Positions 29,386 through 41,500 of a DNA stretch of 64,000 bases are shown piece after piece (position 1 is the first letter of the stretch; every line of letters starts with the position of its first letter). A program made the translations under genes and the position numbers. This stretch comes from Laetmonice hystrix (taxonomy: Eukaryota), in the NCBI GenBank assembly GCA_965235115.1, contig OZ249437.1:16182001-16246000 (forward strand), read 5' to 3'. The notes under the pieces are model-generated. The model was not told where the DNA came from. It searched no databases and saw nothing but the letters and a program-made list of their open reading frames with translations.

Positions 29386-30250
29386 GGTCAGTGATACGTC
29401 ACAGATTGAGAATTCTATCTAACCAATCCAGGGATCCACAATATTAGTGCCACAGTAGTGGCTGTTTATGGACTTTTATGCTGATGCTATTAATGTTGTT
29501 CAGTTGAATTCCTGGAACAGAGATGACAAAAATAATTTATCACAACTAAACATGACATATGATTTGATTATTATAATAATCAGATGGTCATGGCTTTATC
29601 ATTTGCCAGTAAAGTCGTCGTCTGCTCATTGGAAGCGTTCAGGTTTCGCACTCCCATTTCATTGTAATTCATGTCGACTGAAATTTAGGCCTGGACTTTT
29701 TTTTACTGCGAAAATGTCAGTTGTCGCTTGTCGATTCTGATCGCTGGTGTCTCTTTATTAATTGAGGTTTAAAAAAAAAGTAAAGACCGAAATTATATTG
29801 CTTGTCAATAATTATTTTGGCCTTTTGTCGCCTGTCAGTAAACCCTCTGATAACCCTCGTCTTGCTCTGAATTTATGACCAGTTCACGTCCCTGCCCCTG
29901 CCCCTGGCACTGCCCCTGCCCCTGCCCTGGTCATGGACCGGTGCGAGTGACTGGTCAGCAAAATATTATCATCCTCATCACGTCACACAAACTTTTTAAA
30001 CTTTCAGCTGGCAATTTCTTATTTTTACTTACCACTTTTCCCTTTGAATTCCATACATACCAGCGGAACCTCTTCAGTTTATCCTCATCATGTGCAACAC
30101 GCCTCCAGAGGCCATGCATGTTGTTGTTGTTGTCATTCTCGTATCCAGGAAGATATGCCGACCGTAACACTACGTGCCGGCTGATTGGTCCTTTCAATAC
30201 GAGGCTGCGCAATCAGATTGCGTGTAACAAACGGATCTGGAGTTAGCGTC
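29386..30250. promoter_or_regulatory. Probable bidirectional promoter region shared by ARMH1 (-) and TMEM53 (+)
   Basis: The start codons are divergent and about 865 bp apart. A GC-rich (CCCTGC)n tract lies at about 29890-29930. Inferred from gene geometry only. Confidence 0.55.
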
Positions 30251-32338
30251 ATGGTATCCAAGATGGAGGGCAACGATGTGTCGGAGGAGTTGGATTATCA
30301 CATAACATTTCCGTCGCCGACGCCTGAGAGTGATTACGATAGCGATGAGGAGGAGGAAATACGTGAAGTGATATCTGTCACACAGAGAGAACCAGTTGTC
30401 ATCCTCCTTGGGTGGATGGGTGGTGTCGATAAGCACCTGGCCAAGTACAGTGCCGTCTACGATCAGAAAAAGTGAGGCATGGAGGGGAATCTCGTCGTTG
30501 TGTTGACATTTGACATTTTTCTATCTCCAACATTCACATTGACAGATACTGTCAGTAGGGAGAGCACACCACAATTTCATCTTCAACATACTTTCTTTTT
30601 GATTACTTCATTTGATAGATACTGCATTGATGAACAATTAAGCAAAGAAATTAGGCCAATAGTGAATAGAGTCTACTCACTACTGGAATTGGAAATGAAG
30701 AAACTTAGTTAATCTATGTTTTTTTTTCAATATTTGACTTCCACCCTCATTTCGTGGCACTGACACAATGTAGAAACTTGGTAAATTGCAGGCTAATTTG
30801 CAAACACCTCTCACGCAATAAACTTTTACCTTGACAGGCATCAAACTTTGGGATATGGCAGGGTTTCTTCCAGGGGAGAGAATGGGGGGAATAGGCCCCC
30901 ACCAATTTTCAGTATTACCACATAGGGTCTAACGTTACAGACATTTCCAATGTAAGTTCTACTCTAGTCATGAGTGCGGTTTCCTGCACAAGCTAATGGG
31001 ACATCCCTGCCCACCCTCATCTCCTCCCCCTTCCCGCTCGACTGCTGGGACATCCCCATCCAATCTTGTTCCCCTCCTCCCCGTCCTGCCCGACTGCCAG
31101 GACAATCCCGCCCACCCTGGCTGCCACAATGGCCAGGCCAAGCAAATGGCGCTGACGACATCCATTCAATGTGTACACAGGATCCACCAGCTTCCTTATT
31201 TTTGCATCCCTCCCAATTTCATTGTGTAAATTGGTATATCGGATGGCATAAGCGCGAACCCTGCATTGTAGTCCAAATTGTAGGATGTGAATAACTTGTA
31301 AGTTATAGTAGACATGGGGCCCGTCTTACTAAACATCGTTAAGCCCGATCTTGTTAATTTATAGCTAGTTAATAACCAGAAATCGTTATTAACTAGAGCT
31401 GGTTAAAACCCGTCTTACTAAGGTCTAGTTAGTAGCGTAATGTATAGGGAACCGTCTAGTTAACTTAACGACTGGGGAGGGGGTGCCGCTAACGTTGTAA
31501 CGTTGTCTGGTTGTCGCCTTGACGACGGCCTACTTTACCAGCAGTTAACTATATCGTATAACGACGTTTAGTAAGACGGGGCCCTGTCCAGTAACTTAGA
31601 ATACATACTGCAGTACGTGTACTAAGATAGTCCCATTTGTAATTGAAACTGACTATTTACCTTTCCAGATGCATCACCATCAGATACACAGTGTCAGCAG
31701 AAAGGGTTTTCTACAAACAATCCACCCTGCATCCCATGGCTGTTCGAATCCTTGAAATGATTGAAGACTTAAGTCTGGAGGACAGCCCAATTCTCTTCCA
31801 CGTCATGAGTAATGGAGGTTGCCTTGTCTATGCTCACATCACTGAAATCCTACACACTGACCCACACTTCAGTCACCTCAAGGTCCGTGGTTGTGTGTTT
31901 GACAGCTGCCCAGGACAGCGGCGGGTGGCAAGCGGAATCAGAGCGTTCTTCTCAAACTTAAAGATCAACACCATCCTTGCTTACCTGGTTACGTTTGTTT
32001 TTGCCATCTACATGTATACCCGTGTGCTGGTAGCTGTGGTACTGGAAAAGGTCGGCCAGTCCACTGGATCTGTTGATGATTTCTTCAAAAGGATGGCAGA
32101 TGATCCTTCAAGATGGCCCCAGCTTTATTTATACTCCATGGCTGACAAACTTATTAACTATCAGGATGTTGATAAAATGATTAACGTGCGCAGATCCAAG
32201 GGTGTCCTCGTCATGTCTATATGCTGGGAGGATTCCGAACACGTGTCACATTTAAGGCAGCATAGAGAGACCTACATGAAGCAGTGTCATGATTTCCTTG
32301 ACCTGTGTTTATCTGTTGAAAATTCCATGGAAATCTAG
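30251..32338 (+). CDS. TMEM53: Transmembrane protein 53 (DUF829 alpha/beta-hydrolase-like); 2 coding exons
   Basis: Exon 30251-30471 ([24 protein letters not shown]) joins in frame to 31669-32338 ([45 protein letters not shown]). Confidence 0.93.
31316..31584. mobile_element. MITE in the TMEM53 intron
   Basis: TIR-like ends GGGGCCCGTCTTACTAAAC / GTTTAGTAAGACGGGGCCC; an internal copy of CCCGTCTTACTAA is also present. Confidence 0.7.
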
Positions 32339-34248
32339 CAACAAAAACTTCCCACCGAACTGCTTGACAGAGTGCTTCAGTCTGAAGCAAACAGAAATGG
32401 AGGAATTATATTATACTTGAACATGAAACAATATGAGTGTGGTTAGTCTATGAGTGAAAAAGTTAATTGAAAATTTAAGTGCTTGATCGTGTAAAACCAT
32501 GGAATATAATATACACGTATGACAAATGGTAATATTCCATTAGAGTGTCTGATGTTTTTTTTCTTTCTCAGAGATTGACACATTTTAAGAATTAATGTTA
32601 TAAACTGAAATAATTGTTTTCAGTCTTTCTTGTAGTTACTTGTAGAGTTTAACACGTAGCATTGTGAGCATTTTTGGCTTTTGCAGAAATCGTGACCAAG
32701 CATATGATGTCAGGTCATGTGATATCATGTTCTGCTGTAAAATATTACCTTAGCCTATGAATGAAAAATGCATATTAAGCTTGAGGTTAGACATGAGGTG
32801 ATGTAAGCTCAGGTCACGTTCCAGCAGCGTCCCAGTGAGACTTGTACAGAACTAGAGAGAGGCAAGCATGGCTTACCAATTATCTAACCAGGAGCACAAA
32901 TCCTACTGTCCTTTCTCACACCAGTTTGGACAGTCACAGTGACATGCCATTTTCGTTGTATATGAAGATGCACAGCATTTGCCCACAAGCAGCCAAGTAT
33001 ACATTTAAATAAATGAAGATTCTCATCCATCAGGCATTGAGAGGTGGCGGGATCCATGCAGGAAGCACACTCTGACATTTACATAACTGTATTTTGATTT
33101 ATCGTATACCTTTATGTAGACCTCATGTTAACCCATTAGGTTTCTCAGATATTGATATAGTAAATATTTTATTCAGAACTCGTCACAAGTGCTTCGGAAA
33201 ATGTAAAACAGGTTTTTCATTAGAACTGATGGCTTATATCGAAACATTTCCATGCTTCAGGGATATAAAATATATTTCCGTCCCAAATGAGTTTTTATTT
33301 AAGGATTTTACTTGCCTCCTTTGATTGTACAGTTATATCGTTTTGGAGACCTTGAGTGTACCAGTGACAAAGACGGCTTTAAGAAGTCAATATTAGGTAG
33401 GCCCACTAGGCCCTACATTTCATATGTTGGAATAATTTGTAGGGGGGGGGGGTGCTATAAATCCGTCCATTGTATCTCTCAAAAACAAAGGTTCCTACGG
33501 TAGTTATTCTGTTTGCTATATGTGTTGTTGCACATCGTGCAGCATAATGCATTTATTGCAAATTGTTATTGATTATCTTGTGATGGACAAGCTGTTTTCG
33601 TTGGTACAGCAGGCTAGCTGTGACCTGCAAACTTAATGTGTTAAACCAGAACGTATTTAACTTGGCTTATCTAGAATAAAGTACATGATCTGGAGCTTTG
33701 TGTCTTCATAGTCTTGACGTTGGCCGCGAAGTTGGAGCCAGCAGCTCAGACCTGTCGTTTGCAGGGGGGGTGGGGGGTGGGGGGGGGGGGTCAGAAGGTT
33801 TCTGCGCCGAATATAAAAGGCCATAGATGCTATTTCCCGGCTTCTCAGCATCAAACTGAAGAGCTTTTGGTGCTGACCTTAGTTTTGGTCAAAATTAATG
33901 TATTAGTAGGCCTACGGGGATCCAGGGGGGGCTCAGCCCCCTTAGATTTCCCTTTTTTGTATGAATTCATTCATTAGTATAGCCACAATGAAATCATGCC
34001 GAGCGTAGCGAGGCAAAACTATTTTTTAGGTGAGCCCCACCACGTTATCAAAATCCTGGATTCCCCACTGATTAATGCATGTTTATTGGAAAGAGAGGGG
34101 CAATGGCCTGGCGTCACTCTCAACCAAGAAAATATGGCCGACACTGAGCTTTTCCACGAGGTGGCGCTATCAGCCGGATATTGTGGTACTAACACTTCCG
34201 TCAGGTGGCGCCACATATGGTCCGACCAAAGAGGCCGGGGCAAATTAC

Positions 34249-34306
34249 GCTGGAGACTGCCATCTGCCACACCAGTTTCTGGTGTGGCAGATGGCAAGTC
34301 TCCAGC
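34249..34306. repeat. Near-perfect 27-bp-stem inverted repeat
   Basis: GCTGGAGAC-TGCCATCTGCCACACCAG-TTT-CTGGTGTGGCAGATGGCA-A-GTCTCCAGC (one bulged A). Confidence 0.9.
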
Positions 34307-35032
34307 CAAGGGGAAAATGGAACTGCAGACCCGGCCCTGTTCCCACGAGGGTCTGATCGGGCGGGAGTTGGGGCTTTGGTATGCTAATAATAACAAGTGC
34401 AGGTCACCAAAAGGCTACATGTACCCCAATATGACCCGGTGCTGCATGGTTTGGCTGGCTGACTGACCCAACGATTGTCGTAATGACAATAAGGCCACCA
34501 AAAAAAAGAAGAAAACAAAAAAGAAATCCCGGTTCCTGGTGTGCGCGCGCGTCACTTCAGAAGTGGTGCTGCCGCATCAGCGATTTTTTCTTGCCCTCAC
34601 TTAGTGTGAATGTGTGAATTGTGCTACCACTGTTGTAATGGATATTTCATTAACACCTCAACGGGAGTGTGTTGTATTCAAAGCAATAACAGCCAAGGTT
34701 ATGGTCCTAGTTTATATGGGCTCATTTGACATGACATTAATTATTCTTATGATGCTTTCTATTTTAGTCAGCTGTTACCAAACAAAAAAAAACAAATTAA
34801 CAGAAACCGGGAATATTTGGGGGAGGGTTAGTTAGGTCTATATGTCCTACCCTAGCAAGGCAAGGTAGCCGTATTCTTTAAATAAGGAGATTACTCAATA
34901 TACCATTCTAACACATCAGTGGGTTACTCACAGTTTAATTAGCACATAGTATTTGTAAGGGGATGGGAAGACTTTGATAAGGGGTGTGGTTAGCCTGATC
35001 AATTCAGAAAGTTATATGGGGGAAAAAAAGAA

Positions 35033-35134
35033 ATATTGGTTACCAATACGGGGGGTAAAAATTGGTTACCAATACGGGGGGTAAAAATTGGTTACCAATA
35101 CGGGGGGTAGAATTGTTTACCAATACGGGGGTAA
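35033..35134. repeat. About 25-bp tandem repeat, 4 copies
   Basis: AAAATTGGTTACCAATACGGGGGGT units, each containing a near-palindromic ATTGGTTACCAAT. Confidence 0.85.
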
Positions 35135-35534
35135 ACACCTGATCAATCAAGATAACCAATCTTCTTTGTGGTTTGTAGTTTTTTCTTCAAAATGACCAGT
35201 TTCGGCCTATTATTACAGTCTATCATACTACACGGGGAACGTTTGCTCAGTTTCATTTGTCACTATACCAGCATTTTACTTCACCCAGGAGTGATTTGAG
35301 AGGTCAATCAAGATATTTTTTTTCATATGCGGTCTCATGCTTACAAAAGTATACGACAATACGATGGTGAGCTTCCAAAGATCGAAGCTGTAAGAGGGTC
35401 GTGGGAACAATTTGGAGATAGGCCCAGATTGTATCAGTGTTCGTGGACTCAAGGTTCAATCGTCAGACCTATCTATTGATCTGTAATCTCCGTACCCCCG
35501 ACTACCGAGTGACAGGGTCACGTACGTTGCTGGC

Positions 35535-38500
35535 CTAGATCCAGATATCCGATGTACAATCACCCCCCGGATAACGCATCTCGTGAGCCAAGGCAGGCCC
35601 GCCAGGCTCGGCGCCGAAATCGATACAGAAGTCACGGTTTAGTGCCAGCCCTCCTGTCTCTGTGTTAACGTCGACCTGCAGCATCCACGTCCCCGACCTG
35701 TGGAAAGACAGCGATCCGTGAACGGGTTGGTGGGTCTGGAATGCCGCTATATGACCCCATTTCTTCCTGCCCCCTTTCTTCTAGATTGCCTGGGTTTGTC
35801 AGGACCTACTTTGATACTTACTTTGATAGGTCGGGGTAGAACTGGTTGTCCCATACACTGTACTGTGAGGTGGTGACTTACTTTGGCAGGTCGGGGTACA
35901 AAATTTTAATGGTTGTCCCATACACTATATAGTGAAGTGGTGACTTACCTTGGCAGGTCGGGGTAGAACTGGTTGTCCCATACACTGTATAGTGAAGTGG
36001 TGACTTACTTTGATAGGTCGGGGTAGAACTGGTTGTCCCATACACTGTATAGTGAAGTGGTGACTTACTTGATAGGTCGGGGTAGAACTGGTTGTCCCAT
36101 ACACTATATAGTGAAGTGGTGACTTACTTTGATAGGTCGGGGTAGAACTGGTTGTCCCATACACTATATAGTGAAGTGGTGACTAACTTTGATAGGTCGG
36201 GGTAGAACTGGTTGTCCCATACACTGTATAGCGAAGTGGTGACTTACTTTGATAGGTCGGGGTAAAACTGGTTGTCCCATACACTGTATAATGAAAGGGT
36301 GACTTACTTTGATAGGTCGGGGTAGAACTGGTTGTCCCATACACTGTATAGTGAAGTGGTGACTTACTTTGATAGGTCGGGGTAGAACTGGTTGTCCCAT
36401 ACACTATATAGTGAAGTGGTGACTTACTTTGATAGGTCGGGGTAGAACTGGTTGTCCCATACACTGTATAGTGAAGTGGTGACTTACTTTGATAGGTCGG
36501 GGTAGAACTGGTTGTCCCATACACTGTATAGTGAAGTGGTGACTTACTTTGATAGGTCAGGGTAGAACTGGTTGTCCCATACAGTGTATAGTGAAGTGGT
36601 GACTTACTTTGATAGGTCGGGGTAGAACTGGTTGTCCCATACACTGTATAGTGAAGTGGTGACTTACTTGATAGGTCGGGGTAGAACTGGTTGTCCCATA
36701 CAGTGTATAGTGAAGTGGCGACTTACCTTGGCAAGTCGGGGTAGAACTGGTTGTCCCATACACTATATAGTGAAGTGGTGACTTACTTGATAGGTCGGGG
36801 TAGAACTGGTTGTCCCATACAGTGTATAGTGAAGTGGTGACTTACTTTGATAGGTCGGGTAGAACTGGTTGTCCCATACACTGTATAGTGAAGTGGTGAC
36901 TTACTTTGATAGGTCGGGGTAGAACTGGTTGTCCCATACACTGTATAGTGAAGTGGTGACTTACTTTGATAGGTCGGGGTAGAACTGGTTGTCCCATACA
37001 CTGTATAGTGAAGTGGTGACTTACTTTGATAGGTCGGGGTAGAACTGGTTGTCCCATACACTGTATAGTGAAGTGGTGACTTACTTTGATAGGTCGGGGT
37101 AGAACTGGTTGTCCCATACACTGTATAGTGAAGTGGTGACTTACTTTGATAGGTCGGGGTAGAACTGGTTGTCCCATACACTGTATAGTGAAGTGGTGAC
37201 TTACTTTGATAGGTCGGGGTAGAACTGGTTGTCCCATACACTGTATAGTGAAGTGGTGACGTACAGCCGTTTGCCGTCGAGACTTAGCTGTAACATTTGT
37301 GGGCCGCCAGCCATCCGCTTACCGTTCAACGACAACGGCTCTGGTTGTTCCTGCATGGAAGCAGATCCAGACATATAAATATATGCATGATCGAGTCTCA
37401 AGCCCCCCCCCCCCCCTCCATCTCTTTGGCACCCCTTTGTTTCTAAGGACACTTTCGCCTAGGTTTTAGTGTCACCACTAGGCCTGATCAGCCCCCGCTT
37501 TTTGAAACGACAGTTAGTACCTCTGGGCCACCGTACAATGTGGGCCTACAAAACCCGGTCCCGCTGTTATGAACACGTACCTTCCCATGAGACAGCAATT
37601 TCAGAATAATCCATGCATATTCCTGCTATATTTAGAAATGGGAAAGTAGGACAGGTAAAATGTTAAAATTGGCGAGAGAGATAAAAGAAAACGTACCTTG
37701 AGTTCTGTGTCCTTGACGACCTTCACGTTGTCCCCGCGACAACAGCTGCCGCCAAGCCAGACCTGTAACCCGAGAACATTCGCTATGTTAGGAATCTCAT
37801 AAAATAGTATATAGGTCCTGCATATCGTGATGAAAAGTCACACTTGAACGGATTGTTTTACCATCGCAAAGACAAAATGGATTGGGGGGAGGGGGTCGCA
37901 GGGATGTAGGAAGCAAATTTTTGGTGGAGGGGCCAACTTGGAATGGTGAGGCGGGCCGTAGCTAAAAATTTCTGAGTTGGGGGGGGGGGGGCAGACATGG
38001 GTGAATCGAGGAATTTTGTAGAGGGGGCCCTCCTTCAGAAACAAATGGAAATTACAGGGCCAAATACGCGTTTTCCTGGCATGTGCCATGATGTGGAAAA
38101 TAAGCGGGGGGTCTGGGGGGCCATGGGTGGATCCAGGAATTTTGGAGAGGGTGTGTCCCCATACAAGCGCCGAAGGCATGCGCGTGGGGTCTGGGGGAAA
38201 AAAAGGAAATTACAGGGCCAAATACGCGTTTTCCTGGCATCTGAGAAATAAATCCAAGGTTTCCCGGGGGGGGGGGGGCAGTTGTCCCCTAACCCCCCCC
38301 CCCCCCGCTAGCTACGGCCCACACCATCTTGTGGAGAATAAGGAAGCAGATGTAATAATATAAGCATATCATGCTTATAATATTTTGTGAGTCCTAATGG
38401 TTCCAAGATCGCAATGACAGTGAGCTAAGTGCATCAGTGTGAACCCCCGATGTACAAAGATTTAGGCTGTAAAGGACAGCATCTTGGACACCTGGTGCAC

Positions 38501-41500
38501 AGAATGGTGACGTTATAGTTGTAACTTTTCCACTATGCCAGAAAAAGAAGTTGCATAGATAAGGAGTGAGGGGGCCAAACCTAAGGATATTTATAGGACC
38601 ATTTTAGTGGGGGGCCAAAACATACGTTGGCCCCCCCACTTTCTTTGGTGAGGGGGCCATGGCCCCTGTGCCCCCCTGTTTCTACATCCCTGGGTCGAAT
38701 TGGGTGGCTAGCCCTCCCCCTTCCAGCCGCTTTTTTTTTTGGGGGGGGGGGGGTGGAATTAGAAACTACATGACTGCAAAGCTGCATGAATAATGGTATA
38801 GGCTATATATTGACCGACATCTGGTTGGATCTTTGGACCTTGTCAGATTTTTGGTGGGGATGATGCCTCAGTCCCTATCTGTCCGGCCAGCCTGGGGTGT
38901 TGTGGGTCAGAGATACGATGGTCCCTTACCTATCCGCCCAGCCTGGGGTGTTGTGGGTCAGAGATACGATGGTCCCTTACCTGTCCGGCCAGCCTGCGGT
39001 GTTGTGGGTCAGAGATACGATGGTCCCTTACCTGTCCGGTCAGCCTGGGGTGTTGTGGGTCAGAGATACGATGGTCCCTTACCTGTCCGGCCAGCCTGGG
39101 GTGTTGTGGGTCAGAGATACGATGGTCCCTTACCTGTCCGGCCAGCCTGGGGTGTTGTGGGTCAGAGATACGATGGTCCCTTACCTGTCCGGCCAGCCTG
39201 GGGTGTTGTGGGTCAGAGATATGATGGCCCCTACCTGTCCGGCCAGCCTGGGGTGTTGTGGGTCAGAGATACGATGGTCCCTTACCTGTCCGGCCAGCCT
39301 GGGGTGTTGTGGGTCAGAGATATGATGGCCCCTACCTGTCCGGCCAGCCTGGGGTGTTGTGGGTCAGAGATACGATGGTCCCTTACCTGTCCGGCCAGCC
39401 TGGGGTGTTGTGGGTCAGAGATACGATGGTCCCTTACCTGTCCGGCCAGCCTGCGGTGTTGTGGGTCAGAGATACGATGGTCCCTTACCTGTCCGACCAG
39501 CCTGGGGTGTTGTGGGTCAGAGATACGATGGTCCCTTACCTGTCCGGCCAGCCTGGGGTGTTGTGGGTCAGAGATACGATGGTCCCTTACCTGTCCGGCC
39601 AGCCTGGGGTGTTGTGGGTCAGAGATACGATGGTCCCTTACCTGTCCGGTCAGCCTGGGGTGTTGTGGGTCAGAGATACGATGGTCCCTTACCTGTCCGG
39701 TCAGCCTGGGGTGTTGTGGGTCAGAGATACGATAGTCCCTTACCTGTCCGGCCAGCCTGCGGTGTTGTGGGTCAGAGATACGATGGTCCCTTACCTGTCC
39801 GGCCAGCCTGGGGTGTTGTGGGTCAGAGATATCGTATTGACGAATGTCACCGTGAAGCCAGTTACTAAAGTAGAGGAACCGGTCGTCTAATGATATCAGG
39901 ATGTCCGTGATTAGACCTGTAAACAGCAATCAATAACTCAAACCCAGGTACTCATGTCCGGGTCGTGGCGGTGCTCGGAGGGGGGGGGGGGGGGGCTACA
40001 GTGGTAGGAACACGACATTAATATGGAAGAGAATAATGCTCGGGGGCCTATACTCAGGTTTCTTTTTATATTTAAATTTAAGAATGCAAGTCTTTATGCT
40101 TATATATGCCTGCTTATGAATGCATTCATTTCAATGTCCTTTTTAAAAATTTACTTTATTTGCCCTGGCATGACGTCAGCGTTGCCGCTGGTTTACAACT
40201 GTCTGCCAGCAGGTATAACAAGGTCTGGCATATTCATTACAAGTACAGTATTCAATGACAAACTATTAAAATAGCATTCTCATGGCTCGTCATTGATATC
40301 CGTAGTATGGCTAGGCTATGTCCTAGCAATTGTGCCATTCTCCCTGGGAACGTTAAATTGGTCACTTAACTGGCATATCTGGTAGGGCCCATCCTTCAAC
40401 TGTCTTTGGCGGGATAGCGATGACTTTGTCGGCAGCCCAGTCTCCGCGCTGCAGTGTCACGTGACATAAAACGGGTGAGCGCTATACCAGAGATCTTTGC
40501 CCTACTACCACTACCACCATCTCTGACTATACCTTCTTTTGTCTTTGTATTTACTATAATGATCTAATAACCACATAATAATTATAGTCCGTTATAGGAT
40601 ACAGGGGGTTAGAGCTATATTAATTAACGTAAAAGGTTGCATTGGAAATTGCTGAATAATTTTTGCCTATGTCAGCGGAGCAAGGCTCATTTAGTTCAAA
40701 GCGACGCCTACCGGAGTTTTGTAGAACCGGAAGACGGTGCTGCTGAGCGCGCATCCCACAAAACCTTGCGTGGCATCCGGGTCGTGAAGGAAGCGGATCT
40801 CTAGGGGAAGCCATCCCTCCGGGCCAAGGTCAACGCGCTGGAGGAGCGTTCGATCTTTCCAGTCCCACACATTTAGACTATTACCGTACATGCCTAATGG
40901 ATAGATAAGTTGTTCCTCTAAATGAAAACATGTATGGTTAAGGGATTTTAATTGGCTATCTTCACTTGACCAACCAAGCAAATATGCGTAATCACAGGGA
41001 AAAAGTAAATTACACGCTACAGGAGAGGACAGGGAACTATTCTAGTTTGTGCCGGAATGCACCTTTTCAAGTTATTTCAAATATAGAATTAAATATTTTC
41101 CTGGGGAAATTTACCAACACCCCATAGCATATTATGGCAACTTAGCCCCTATATAGATAAGAAAGAAGAGAAAAAAAGGAACCAAAAAAAGGGTAGAACG
41201 ATAAGAAGAAAGGGGAAGATGGCCTGTGATATATTTGAGCAACTCTGACCGTTGGCGACGTCGTTTGGATTGAATCCCTTCTTGATGGCATTGGGAGCAC
41301 CCCACTCAGTACTGATCATGACATTGTGTCGGGGTTGGTACCAGAAGTCGTACCCATATGGAGCAGAATCCCCATCTTCCCACGTCCCCTTCACGCCAAA
41401 GTCCTGCCCGTCCAGCAGGATAAAGCTACCTGAAAAAAATCCATCGGATAGTAAATTACGGTGGCCCAATACCAGTTTGTACTCCTGGGCTACCGTAGTA

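Noticed and set aside
33996-34466. 156-aa ORF and overlapping ORFs
   Set aside because: No recognisable domain or splice structure; it begins in MITE-like sequence and spans the hairpin.
35925-37241. Repetitive ORFs ([21 protein letters not shown]..., [11 protein letters not shown]...) as proteins
   Set aside because: These are off-frame translations of the 60-bp minisatellite inside an intron.
35810-39830. CRISPR-like interpretation of the regular arrays
   Set aside because: Units are contiguous with no unique spacers, there are no cas genes, the context is eukaryotic, and the units derive from SELENBP1 exon ends.
38833-39890. Plus-strand 300/210/169/142-aa repetitive ORFs
   Set aside because: These are antisense translations of the 51-bp array; the unit length is a multiple of 3, which explains the open frames.
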